Assembly (NCBI GenBank): GCA_050084985.1
Contig: JBITNC010000001.1
Location: forward strand, 70,184,001-70,248,000
Origin: Nageia nagi
Taxonomy: Eukaryota; Plantae; Pinophyta
Reading direction: 5' to 3'
Length of the DNA stretch: 64,000 bases
Each line of letters opens with the position of its first letter. Position 1 is the stretch's first letter. Position numbers and translations under genes: made by a program. Shown here piece by piece: positions 48,101 through 58,154 of the stretch. The notes beneath the pieces were generated by a model. The model ran no database searches. It was not told where the DNA came from and was given only the letters and a program-made list of their open reading frames with translations.

Positions 48101-51100
48101 CACTCTGCAATCGAAATCAGAGGTAGAAATAGACGGCCAGAAGAGCACCTCCACCTCCGGTCTTTTGTTGCTCGCGTTTTCACAGTCTTACAATCTCATC
48201 ACTTACCGAACAAAATGATATGAATATCACTCTCACTCAAATCTGTCCGAGATGGGCTCACAATGCAGACAACAACCGCCCACAATGTCTTCAAAATGGT
48301 TACGTTGAAAGGGTTCGTGAATTGTTTGACAAATGCCTCATGGAGATGCAGGCTAATGGAATGCAATGATTCCTCATTGCAGGTCCCAGCCTTAGGATAT
48401 GCACAAAACGGACACACTAAAAGAGTATGTGAATTGTTTGACAAAATGCCTCACCGAAATTCATCCCAAGTTTCCACTGTTTAATCTTTAATCATGACTT
48501 CAATTTTTGATTAATTGTTTAACAAAATGCCTCAACGAAATTCATCCAAATTTAAATATGTTGTCCATCCCAGTTCCCAGTCCCACAGTCTCTGTTTCTT
48601 TGGACTGCTTTATTTTAATAATTGCTCACACAGTCATAGAAATATATGAATAATTGATTCCTAATAGAAATATATGAATAATTGATTGTTATGATTACAG
48701 CATTTTGTGTTTTATGACAACTTAACACCATTTTTATTGTTATATGACAGGCTGACAGCATTTTTTATTGTTTTACTTTTATGATTTATATATATGACAG
48801 CATTTTGATTATCTATGACACTGGACAGCATTTGAATTTTTGATATATCATTTATATGACTGCCTTGTTTTTAACTTTTACCTATATAAAATGAAATGGC
48901 TCAATGGGTGTACAATATTTTTATTTGTAGCATGTATATATAAATATTTTAATTTTTAGCATGTTTTTACTATATCTAATTTAATGCCGAATTTCATCTC
49001 AAACTGTCGAATTTTTGAACTCGAACTTGAACCTGAACCTAGTAAGTTAGCCTGGGGTGCATAATTCCATAGGGAGTGAGTCGATGAGCAAAAAGATAAC
49101 TCAAAAAGGTGGTTCCAGCAACTTCGCTAATTAATTTACAGAATTTTGGCTAAACTTGCTCAGAAGAGTAGTAAGTTTGAACTTTGAACCATGGTCAAAT
49201 GGGATAGTAAATCCGGACTGTAGGATGACAGCTAATAGCGATAATATATTTTGGGAAGGCTCACAACTGCCCACATTGGATAGGACCATGTAGACCAATT
49301 TCCCTTCAGCCTTAATTACTATTTTGGCCATATCCCTCCAAAAGGGACGTTTCAGCATGACAACAGAGTGGTACCCGCCATGTGAATAGAAAGTACTCTA
49401 ACGTATGCTTAGACAGACCAGCCTATGGTCATGAGAAGATACTCGTCCAACAATAGTGAGAGAAGGATGCAAAGAGAGCATCAGATCCCGGAGCAGAAGA
49501 AATAAGGGACACATTATCATTAGGGATCTATCCTTATCTCTTGCTCTCTCACTGATTTTTCAAAGGAGATAACTGCTTCCCACTGCAGAAGTCTAATTCT
49601 CTAGATCCATGAAACTGTATGACTGGACTCTAATCTAAGAATGTTGAAAAGAGTAAGACTCCAATTAAATACTGGTAAAATCCCGTAGTCTGCTTCTTTA
49701 ATTTCTGGCATATTATTGTGGCTCATCCTGTGTTGGCATGCCCTTCCTTATATTACACATGTCATGTTGTTTGTGGTTGAAGATGAAAGGAGGTCAATTG
49801 ACCTAGTTGCTCAAGTCATTGGTAGGAGAGGAGACTAATCTTCATTCTACATACATAGAGACGGAGTTAAGGCCAACCGTAGTGTCATAAGTACTTTTGC
49901 ATTATACTTGCCTGGGGAGGTGGTATCCGATAACACCGATGTTCATATTACAGTTTACTGAGAGCAACTCTGAACCATTCTCCCTCACATTAATAAACAT
50001 AAGACTATAAACTCACATTGATTAACATTTCATTTGCTCATGAATGGTCTCTTCACAAGCTGCATATGAACATATGAGAACTAGGAGCATATACAAAAGA
50101 CACACAACAACAACATATTATCCTTAATATAGCCAGATGTTGAGCATTTTGAACCTCTATGGTCCAGTATGAATGGAAGGAGAGATACACTCCATAGATA
50201 TTGGTGCATGTCTTCCTCTCTTCTTTGAAATTTTAGAATGAATTATGTTGATGGCCAGATGACAATACTTAGTTTAGTTTGAAATTATGAATAACCCTCA
50301 CATTCGGGCCCTTGCACCCCTTTTAAATCTTTTGGCTACGTAATATTTTCAATGATAATAACTACATAATATTTTCCTCAGACTTGGTTACTTATTGGAA
50401 AAATCTTGAGTTTATAAATTAACTAGGTATGTGGTTTCAATGATAATCATAATACCCTTGCAATGCATTAGGCTTGATCTGAGCCATCAAATTCATTTTG
50501 CTAAATGTATGGTAGAAAATTTCTACAGAATTGGAGGAAATGCCTCTTAAACACCTCAGCTCGTCAGCGATTGGTGGAGCTGGTGTCACATTTTGGGATT
50601 TATAGCACCTTCACCATTTTATGGCCGAGGGCTTAGTTTGAAGTGTATGGGGGCCAAGGCCTCTCGGTAGAGCCATTGGCAACGTCATAACCATAGCACA
50701 GTTGTAAGCCAATAGAACCTGAGTTGTACTCAAATGGCAGTAGTGATATCAGCCCTAATCAAGCTCGTTGATTTGATTGAGATCCAATGTAGCAAGATGT
50801 CTCTAAGACATTGAGGGGTCACAGCCCATCTAACTTTTAACCACTACCCCACTGTCTACCAGAATCCCTATGTGACATTGTTAGGGCCTAGAAGATCTAA
50901 AAGGGGTTTTTTGTCGAAATAGGAAAAAAATACAGAATAACAATAGATTCGTAGTGCAACAGAACATATATGTTCAAGTAATGCAAATTCAAAATGACAA
51001 TAAGATATCAGAATAAGATAAATTTACAAAATAGTACTACAAATCCTAGGCCGCTTCGAGGAGGCTTCCTCCTTACAACTTAAAAGACAAATATTTCTCC

Positions 51101-54100
51101 AAGATGATATCTCTACCCCTCTTGCATATATTTGTAGTGATGCTATCCTAACCCTAATTAGCGGTTCATTACAAAATGGAGATTTGCCTTACAAAAATTA
51201 TGAAGGTTCACATCACAAGTCAATAATTAAATAAACTACTAATAATAAGAAAATGTTAGGATATGAGATTTTAATATGCCAACCCTCTTGGAAAAGAGCT
51301 TTGTCTACAAAACTGAAACTGGTGGAAACTGTTGTTGAAACTGATGAAGTACCTCCCAGGTCGTGTTCTCAGGTGCCAATCTGCACCACTAGACAAGAAC
51401 TTTAGTAATGGTGCGATTACAAAGTTCACGGGTGCATCGTCCCAAAACCGCTTCAGGTTCAGCTATTATGGAGCCATCTTATGTGAATTCGAGCAACTAT
51501 GTCTAAACCTTTACCTATGAACCCAATACCTTCTTGAGGCAAGAGACATGGAATACTAGATGAACTTTTGAGAATTTAGGTAAGTCTAACTTGTATGTTG
51601 CAGGTCCGATGCATTGGAGAATTTTTTTAAGACCCAAAAAACTCCTAGATCTAACTTCTAGGGCCCCTTTAGCTTGAGAGAGTTTTGATGATATGTTTGA
51701 AGCTACAAGAAAACCATGTCCCCTTTCTGAAATTCTCATTTGACCCATTGTTGATTAGCCTGTTGTTTCATGCAGTGTTGAGCGATCTGCAAATTCTCCT
51801 TAAGAAAGCATAGGATATCCCCCAAATGGTTAATTTCAGTGTCAATTGCTTGAACATTGATGCTGCTAGGAACATAAGAGGCCATTGTGGGTGGTGCTTG
51901 CCCATACAATGTTTTATAGGGGGTCATCTTAATTGCAGTGTGATACGAAGTATTATACCACCATTCTACCAAAGGAGACAATTTAACTTGATGAACTGGT
52001 TGGACAGAAGCATAAACAACACAGATAAGTCTCTAGACACTTATTAAAAATTTTTATATGGCCATCAGCTTGGGGTGATTGACTGAACTCATATTGAATT
52101 GAGTTCCTTAAAACATGAAGAATTCTTGCCAAAAAAGGACTGGTAAAAGCAGGTGAAATGAACATTTGAAAAGAAAGCCAGATAAGTGGAAGTAGAGGAA
52201 AAGACCTTCCAAAAAATCAACTTTTTTCTCTCATGGTACTGCATGAAACCATTAATTTACAGTAGATAGAAACAAATTAATGCCACATTGTAATATGCAA
52301 AAAACTGTTTAAAACTCAAAAATCTCTCTTATTTTGGCAATCACCTCTTTTCCTAGTTCTCCAGTTTCAAGGTTGCAAGACTTGTGGTCATCTTCTTCGT
52401 TGACAATTGATTCCAGGGTCCCAAGCAATGGATCAGGCTGTCAAAATGTACATATAAGTAGCATTTCCTTATCATAGAAAAGATTTGTTTAAATAACTGT
52501 GATGGTTACTTTGACTGATCTGTGGATCCATTGACATCCTTTACAAAATAATCAGAAGCGTCAAAGTTGGTAATGTTTTATCTGCATGGTGGCTATGTAA
52601 ACATCACAAAAATGGTAAGTACAGGACATGATAATGGAAATAAAATGGAAAGGAAATCAACGCAACCTGAAAGGACAGAAAAATACAGTACTGACAAGCA
52701 ATAGGATGTCTCTAATTTTAAGGGTTAAGCCTAAATTTATACAAGCTATGGTGAAGACTAATGTTTCTGTTAACTTGATTATGTTTTCAACTCCCTAATA
52801 CAAAATCTCTTGCTGCTTACCTTTAGCTGTTTCAACGATAAGTTGATGCGTTGACGAGAACAATCAAGGCTGCAAACCTTGGCCTTTACTACCTACAAAT
52901 CAGGCACGTATAAACCCTTGCAAATAAATTACAATCACATGTCAAGCAAACCATCAATATAATTCATGAGATATGGTTCAAGAATTGACAATGAGTTTTT
53001 TTATACAATTCAGAATCATGGCACAAACCTTTAACATAAGTTATACTAATGCTGATCCATATTTGCATTACGGGCAGGATTGATAAAAATACAAAAATAA
53101 TTAGTCTAAATCCCCATCTTGTTCTGTCAAAATATCAGACTGGGAAACTTAAGAGCATTATGGAGTTTCCTTCTACAAAACCTTTCCTAACATTTTATAG
53201 AAAATAAAATAAAAAACCTAGATTAAAGTATAGAAAGGAAGGGCAAACTTTGAAGTCAGTAGCCTAACAATCAAAATAAAAGATACTAAATGAAACATGT
53301 AAGCAGAAATTTACATACTAAAAATGCCAAAACAATGTTTTCCCTTGGGAATAGTTAAAGTATGTCAAAGATCATAAGGACAATATGTTGGAAATCTAAT
53401 CCTTAGGGATTAAGATTGTTATTAGTACTGTAGTATATTAATATTATGAGTCATAAGGTATTATACTGTAATATATTAATATTATGAATCATAAGGTATT
53501 GCTTATGTTAGAAATATTTCTATTTTCGGGTTGGAATATTGTTGTTATTCCATGAGTCATAGGAAGTTGAATTTGAAGTGTCTTTAGGGACTCTAAGAGT
53601 CTCTTGTGGGAGATGAAGTGATAAATCACTTCTTTATGTATGTATGTGTGTTATGGGAATGTAATTCTTAAGCTTTGGAGTTAATACATTTCGGATTTGC
53701 TATCTAATACTGTGCCTTACACGATACACTTCTGCAACATATTTCAACAATAGAATGAAGAGAAAGATTGCCATTAGGATCGAGCCCCAAAGCCAAAGCA
53801 TCACCCCTAACCACCTCTCTCAGAAAGATTTTTAGAAAATGCAAAAAGATCAACATGCATCTCAATCGGATTCACAGGCAACACCATAGAAAAGAAACTT
53901 GAATTTACAATGTAGAATTCTCATCACCAAACTATAAGCCCTGATCAAATCTAGACTCGCTTAGAAGATGGGCTATAAGCAAATGTAATCCTCAGGGTTT
54001 GCTGAGAAATTTACACTACCTAATGGATTTTTTCTTATCAATCTTAATACAGAAAAAGAAATGCAATATATCCTATCTAGTAGTCCTTGGATTTTTGGAT

Positions 54101-57100
54101 AAAGAGGGTTTTTTCCTTAGGAGATAGGGTTTGGACTTCCATCCATATACTCAGAAAATCAGCACAGCTCCCGTATGGATCAAACTTCAATGTATGCCCA
54201 TCCAATTTTGGCACAAAGATATCCTTTTTGGTATTGCAAGGGTTGTAGGAAATCCAACAGTAAAAGGCAATGCCAAAAAAGCGAAGTCTAGAACGTTGTA
54301 TGCTAGAATTAGCATGCAAGTTGATTTAGAGGCAGAGATCCTTAAAACTATAACTCTTTGTCTGAGTTCGGAAATTGGAATAAAGAGATAGAATATCAAA
54401 CTAAACTAAGATCATGCTCTTCATGTGCATTAGTAGGTCACCTGACTATCGTTGCCCCAAAAGGATGACTAGAAAACCTAACTCGCAAACCAAGAAAGAA
54501 ACATCAATAAAAGCAATAGTACCTGTTAAGATAAGGGAATAGGGCCCTTCCTTGGGATCTTCTCTCCCAGGAAGACCTGAAACTCAAAATCCACAATAGG
54601 GGGCACAAGGTAGCCCAGAAGACACTTGACGCACAAGGAAAGTGTTTAATAAGGGAAGAGGTAGCAATCTCGGTCATTGCCAAATATTTGCAAGAAAAGA
54701 ACATAGAGGGTGACACATAATAAGAGGAATCAGCAAGGGGAAGACCCACAGACAACCCCATGACAAGTGGAATTCTTGGAGACACAGCTACAACTTCAAA
54801 AGAGTTGGAGATGGAGGAAGGAGAAATCCCACCTTCCCTCCTAGTTCATCCTGAGAACACCGTAGTAGAGGAAAGACAATTAGAGAAGGAGATGGTCTGG
54901 GAGGCGATCCCTACTTTTACAAAAGGTCTGAATCTTATTCTGATATAGTTGTGGCCCATGCAGGAGGGGGTAAAGCTGAGGAAACTTAGAGATTCCCAAC
55001 AGGCAGACGCTTTAGCCCTACAGGCAGAAAAAACAATAGAGGAATTGAATAAGAAGGTTGGGAAACCTTCAAGACAAGAAATAAGGAAGAAGGAAACTGA
55101 AGCAGAAATTGCCAAAGGCACTCAAGCTACCATATTCCTGGGAGGAGACAAATTGGTGATGACGAACCCAAAACCAACTCACTAGAAGTACTACTATACG
55201 AAGGAGCAATTAATAGCAAAAGGCCTAACATAAGAGGAGGTCAATATCTACCAGAAATGGGATCAAATCCACAAAGTCTTCTGAAGCATCATGTTCCAAA
55301 AGGTGGCCCTGAAAAATCAGGCCAAATTTGAAGAATTAACTCCTGCAAGAAACACCAGGAGCAGGAAGAGACGGTAAGCTCTAGATCTCTGGAATCTTTG
55401 ATGATTTCCAGAATCCCTTTTTGGCAGGATGTATCTTTGTTAGTTGTTTTCTTTTTAAAAGGTATGTGTCAAAAGGAAATATCTTTGACCCTAATAGTAT
55501 TATTTTATATTTATATTGTTTTGTTTGGAGAGCTCATTGAATATTTGTAAAAGGTAGAGGATCCTTTCAAAAGCTCTATTTTAGCTATAAAAAAAAACAT
55601 AGATAAATAGTTGAGGAAGTGTTTTATCACCTCATCTTCCTCAAAAGACTCTTCAACACCCTAAAGACTCTACAACTTCAACTTCCTATGACATTTGGGA
55701 TTCCTCCCACACAAATCTGAAAATACATAAATAATAAATACATTCTCACTCCTACACACTTATAAAATTTAAATCTACACACTTATTAATAATACATTCG
55801 ACCATAACCCCTAGGATTAGGTTTCCATCAGAAAAAAGGTGCCAAAACTGAACAAAAAGTTGTGAGCTCTAGAAATTTTTCCCAAAAAACAAAAGGTAAA
55901 TAGCAACGTTTCAGTTTCTCTATCATTTGATTGTAATGTTGAGAATCAGAGTGGCTTCAAATCCAAAAAGGCTACGAATCATTACTCAAACGTGACAGAA
56001 TTTTATGATGTAATCACAAAATTCTATCATATCTGGTTCCTGATAGAGAGCTTTTTTCTCTTCGTTGACAAAAGCATACCCAACAATTCTGAATATAAAG
56101 TCAGCCTCCAGTCCAAAAGTGCAAAGCTGAGACACCCCTTGACTTTTCATAAACTTTCCAAAAAATCAAACAAATCTGAAAATACTCTTTATTGTGACTT
56201 GGAGAACAATTTTTTTAAGAACCCTAAAATTAACTCGGTGAAAACAACTCCAATCATGCTGAAATTCATATTTTAGAGTCCTCATATGATTCCCCAAATG
56301 ACCATTAAAAAATCACTGTATATCTAGACAATACTTCAAATGTGCTCAATTCCCCAAAACTAGTGTTTTTGCAGATGGGTCTACCTAAAGTAAAATCAAA
56401 CAAATATTCAAGTCCAACTTGCAATGTCCAGTCCTGATTGTTGACCACACTAGAAACAAATACACTGAGAATCACCAAAATCTTCAAGTATTTTTGCTCA
56501 ACCAAAGTCGAAAGACATAATTGAAGAGAACTACATCTAAGTGTGGAAGAAATCCTCAAATCTAGTTATTGTATATCTTTAAGCTCTGATACCAACTTGG
56601 AAATTACAATGTTATCCCAAAATCAAATAACATTCACATGATCCACTCATAAGCAAAGCATAAGCATTGCAACAGAAAAACATCAGCAATATAATGAAAA
56701 TACAAGAACTCTAATTCGAACAAATTAGAAACCCCAAAGGGCTAACATACTCCCTAATGAGAGCAGAAAAACATATACTTGACAGAGTCACTTGAGATAA
56801 TTTGGAAATGGAATAAAGCCTTGTGTTTATAGTTATTCTTATAGACACCGAAACTCCACTCCAATCTAACATATTCCAATGTCAATCTAGGTGATATGGC
56901 ATACAATGATAACAATAATTATAAATGACATCTTATACAATGCATATTGTAAGTACGAAGGTGCAGGCCCAAAGTAGAAATGAGGCATGAAAGTTTACCT
57001 TCATATAAATAGTTTTCCATTTATTCTCTAAAAAGCATTTTATTATGTTTTAAAATTACCTATAAGCATACTTTTTATTTGAATGTTATTTATGTCCCAT

Positions 57101-57987
57101 CTTAGAATATTATAGATAAATTATTTATATGATGTAAAATTATTTATAATAGGTTATTGAAAAAAGCTATGCTCAAGTTCCAAAAATAACTGTTTTATAA
57201 CCTGGAAATTATTTTGGCAGCAATAAAAATATTTGGCTGTCCTCGAATTTTCAATGACAAGCACTAAAAAATCTAACTTTCAAACCTAGATGAAATCTAA
57301 TATCATTCCTTAATGTCCACAAGTCTTATTAACATATTCCAACAAATACTACAAACTAGTTCTAATTTATATATACATTATAGAATGGTAAAACAATGAT
57401 CAACATCGAGAAAGTTGCTCAGCCTAAGTGGACTTGGTTAAACAATCTATTCTCTCAATATACATGACAAATGATTCTCTAAAAATAGAGAGAAATTTGA
57501 TAATGCATATCAGTGAATAATTTCTTTCCACTGAATGCACATTTCTCTCTGTCTATCCATCTAAAAATGCAAATAAGCATCATACATGGAAATACAGAGG
57601 CAATATGTTTTTTTTTCTCAAATCAATTGCCAAAAGACTTAAAACGCATCTTCAGTGACCGTAAAATCCCTAAACTAATAAATAGGCTCCTAAAGGTTAA
57701 GAACAAACCTCCCCAACTTTTAAATTGGAATTCACATCCCAAAGTGGATCCCATGATAGCTCTGACTGATGTATCAAAGCAGAAACACCTTCCAGCTATT
57801 TCAAAACATGTTAAGAAACATAAAATTTAATATCACATAAATAATTTGCCAAAAAAGAACAATGATTCAGATATGCTGATGATTTCACAAAGTGTAACAT
57901 ATATAAGCAACTCACCTCAACAAATACACCAAATGATTCGATTTTTGCAACTTGGCAAGTGACAACATCTCCAATATTGAGTTTACC
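30075..57987 (-). CDS. SDP: S1 RNA-binding domain protein, At1g12800/SDP-like (chloroplast); last 7 exons: 57916-57987, 57709-57795, 52821-52892, 52345-52437, 43928-44035, 30249-30317, 30075-30164; 5' exons beyond window
   Basis: Spliced: GKLNIGDVVTCQVAKIESFGVFVE|LEGVSALIHQSELSWDPLWDVNSNLKVGE|VVKAKVCSLDCSRQRINLSLKQLK|PDPLLGTLESIV..ELGKE|WPEVESLIRELELVNGIQSVSKGRFLLTPGLAPSFQ|VYLSDSYGDQYKIFARSGNKVQE|IVVKASLDRDGIKSAIGLCTSQVALEIVQ*. All introns are GT-AG and phase 0, with no stops. The S1 motif and C-terminus match At1g12800 as I recall it. Confidence 0.88.
30249..30317 (-). CDS. SDP: SDP-like penultimate exon
   Basis: cag|VYLSDSYGDQYKIFARSGNKVQE|gtaaac, 69 nt. Confidence 0.9.
30683..30990. repeat. 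Nested inverted/direct repeat cluster in SDP intron
   Basis: Perfect 23-bp hairpin TGCATTACATGATAAAACTGTCA-caat-TGACAGTTTTATCATGTAATGCA (30789-30838). 39-bp arms at 30683-30721 and 30835-30873. A direct duplicate of the module lies ~140 bp downstream. Confidence 0.9.
31070..32450 (-). mobile_element. L1/Tx1-type LINE ORF2 (RT) fragment
   Basis: IRGQLTW..EDA, GIDGLLVEFYK, LNVSYRILDKIL, QKGFLLAPCLYVIVVDAVSYLL and ADDS motifs. Confidence 0.75.
32520..33640 (-). mobile_element. RTEX/L2-like LINE 5' part (ORF1 remnant + APE endonuclease)
   Basis: KIYLDADLIRLQ..AKKENKW ORF1-type motif; endonuclease YIAMCYFP..PFLNLYQEISYFSTMGEVILLGNFNAHIG (GDFN-type). Confidence 0.65.
34320..36305 (-). mobile_element. 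Non-autonomous LTR element: gag-like remnant + acidic repeat ORF, PPT and ~250-bp 3' LTR
   Basis: Reverse strand AAAGGGGGAGAA-TGTTGG at 34578-34561. Acidic ORF with 30-bp repeats (LMEETYDE) at 35570-35670. No pol motifs seen. Confidence 0.55.
37191..37336. mobile_element. Small foldback/MITE-like element (copy 2 of the 29473 family)
   Basis: Arms AGATATCTTACACATATATCTAAAAATGTCGAGGTATCAATC / GATTTATACCTCTC..ATATATGTGCAAGATATCTAAGCTAGT, similar to 29473-29600. Confidence 0.6.
37720..38220 (+). pseudogene. Decayed PLS-class PPR gene fragments
   Basis: RVRTLIKDRGIKKTFGC (E+ domain-like KVRKLMKERGIKKxPGCS), FDMMK*SGIKPNIIIFV, and a second RVRTLMK. Confidence 0.55.
39028..41692 (+). mobile_element. 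hAT (BED + DUF659 + dimerisation) transposase pseudogene and right terminus
   Basis: BED-like HCK..YCD..GGPNRMKYHL; GCTIMTSIWTNERSQTLINF; FWSPFIAHCLNLILEHIG; MDRAK; YYLNP; CQPCSALGCE; LNDLMFVQYNL. Introns at ~40283 and 40764-40887. Subterminal CCGAGTTTTT repeats and an ...ACTACTATG end at 41692. Possible left end CATAGTA at 37394 with imperfect TSD TGTTATAC/GTTCATAC. Confidence 0.88.
42258..43327 (+). mobile_element. Solo LTR (Copia-type) with internal 185-bp tandem duplication
   Basis: TGTTGGG...AATAACA termini; U5 motif ATTCACCTCCCCTCTCAGT. Duplicate units start at 42570 and 42755. Three ~40-bp repeats at 42990-43100. TSD not clean. Confidence 0.6.
43928..44035 (-). CDS. SDP: SDP-like exon
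   Basis: cag|WPEVESLIRELELVNGIQSVSKGRFLLTPGLAPSFQ|gtatt, 108 nt. Confidence 0.9.
45712..46573. mobile_element. Non-autonomous hAT element (862 bp) with perfect 8-bp TSD and CpG-rich cargo
   Basis: TSD GCTGTATA at 45704-45711 and 46574-46581. Imperfect TIR CATAGTTACCAGAA / TTCTTGCATCTAGG. It splits the Gypsy integrase frame (LY|MDEIV). Confidence 0.85.
47694..49050. mobile_element. Non-autonomous TIR element (1357 bp) with 5-bp TSD CCTGG and captured PPR fragments
   Basis: TIR CTAACTTACGAAGTTC / GAACCTAGTAAGTTAG. CCTGG at 47689-47693 and 49051-49055. Internal GYAQNGHTKRVCELFDKMPHRN (PPR S-motif) at ~48395-48460. Confidence 0.8.
50872..52165 (-). mobile_element. Ty3/Gypsy chromovirus (Reina-like) integrase 3' fragment + LTR
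   Basis: PQADG..NKCLETYLCC; LVEWWYNTSYHTAIKMTPYKTLYGQAPP; IGPATYKLDLP..SKVHLVFHVSCLKKVLG. PPT-like sequence at ~51278-51290. Confidence 0.75.
52345..52437 (-). CDS. SDP: SDP-like exon
   Basis: cag|PDPLLGTLESIVNEEDDHKSCNLETGELGKE|gtgat, 93 nt. Confidence 0.85.
52821..52892 (-). CDS. SDP: SDP-like exon (S1 domain end)
   Basis: tag|VVKAKVCSLDCSRQRINLSLKQLK|gtaag, 72 nt. Confidence 0.9.
53386..53749 (+). mobile_element. Short solo LTR; related inverted partial copy at ~55605-55830
   Basis: TGTTGGAAATCTAATCC...TTTCAACA termini. Shares GTCATAGGAAGTTGAA..GTCTTTAGGG..AAGAGTC..GATGA.GTGATAAA.CACTTC with the reverse complement of 55605-55830. Confidence 0.6.
53750..55597 (+). mobile_element. L1-type LINE with ORF1 (DUF4283 + zinc knuckle) and poly(A) but no ORF2
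   Basis: NGFFLI, PWIFG, APVWIKLQCMPIQFW..LFGIA..VG, YARISMQVDL, decayed C..C...GH...CP, and C-terminal KVGKPSRQEIRKKETEAEIAKGTQATI. 3' end TGTAAAAGG..CCTTTCAAAAGC..ATAAAAAAAAAA at ~55545-55597. Confidence 0.75.
55831..56600 (-). mobile_element. LTR retrotransposon 5' leader with tRNA-iMet PBS
   Basis: AAGCTCTGATACCA at 56581-56594 = TGGTATCAGAGCTT on the minus strand. Confidence 0.6.
57709..57795 (-). CDS. SDP: SDP-like exon (S1 domain middle)
   Basis: tag|LEGVSALIHQSELSWDPLWDVNSNLKVGE|gtttg, 87 nt. Confidence 0.9.
57916..57987 (-). CDS. SDP: SDP-like exon (S1 domain start)
   Basis: cag|GKLNIGDVVTCQVAKIESFGVFVE|gtgag, 72 nt. Confidence 0.9.
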
Positions 57988-58154
57988 CTGCAGATGCAGT
58001 GTTGAATATAAGAGATATTTAGCATAAAAGCCTTCATTTTAAGGGCAAGGTAAAAATCAGTGTGTCAATGAAATGAATTGATACTCTTCATTTATTCACA
58101 AAGAAATACAACAAAATTTATGGCAACAAAATTAATCATCATGTCAAATGCAAC

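Larger units (their letters stand above)
44420..50823 (+). mobile_element. Ty3/Gypsy chromovirus (Tekay-like) deleted internal region + 3' LTR, interrupted by two DNA transposons
   Basis: Integrase SKCLECQ.VK.EH..GL..P.EIP..RW..V.M.F..LP, EIVKSHGIP.SIIS.RD..FTS and DGQT. LTR start TGTAGTGCCCC at ~47375, candidate end GGGGTCACA at 50823. Confidence 0.7.

Noticed and set aside
57513-57830. 105-aa plus-strand ORF
   Set aside because: It is antisense to the SDP exon 57709-57795 and has no independent support.
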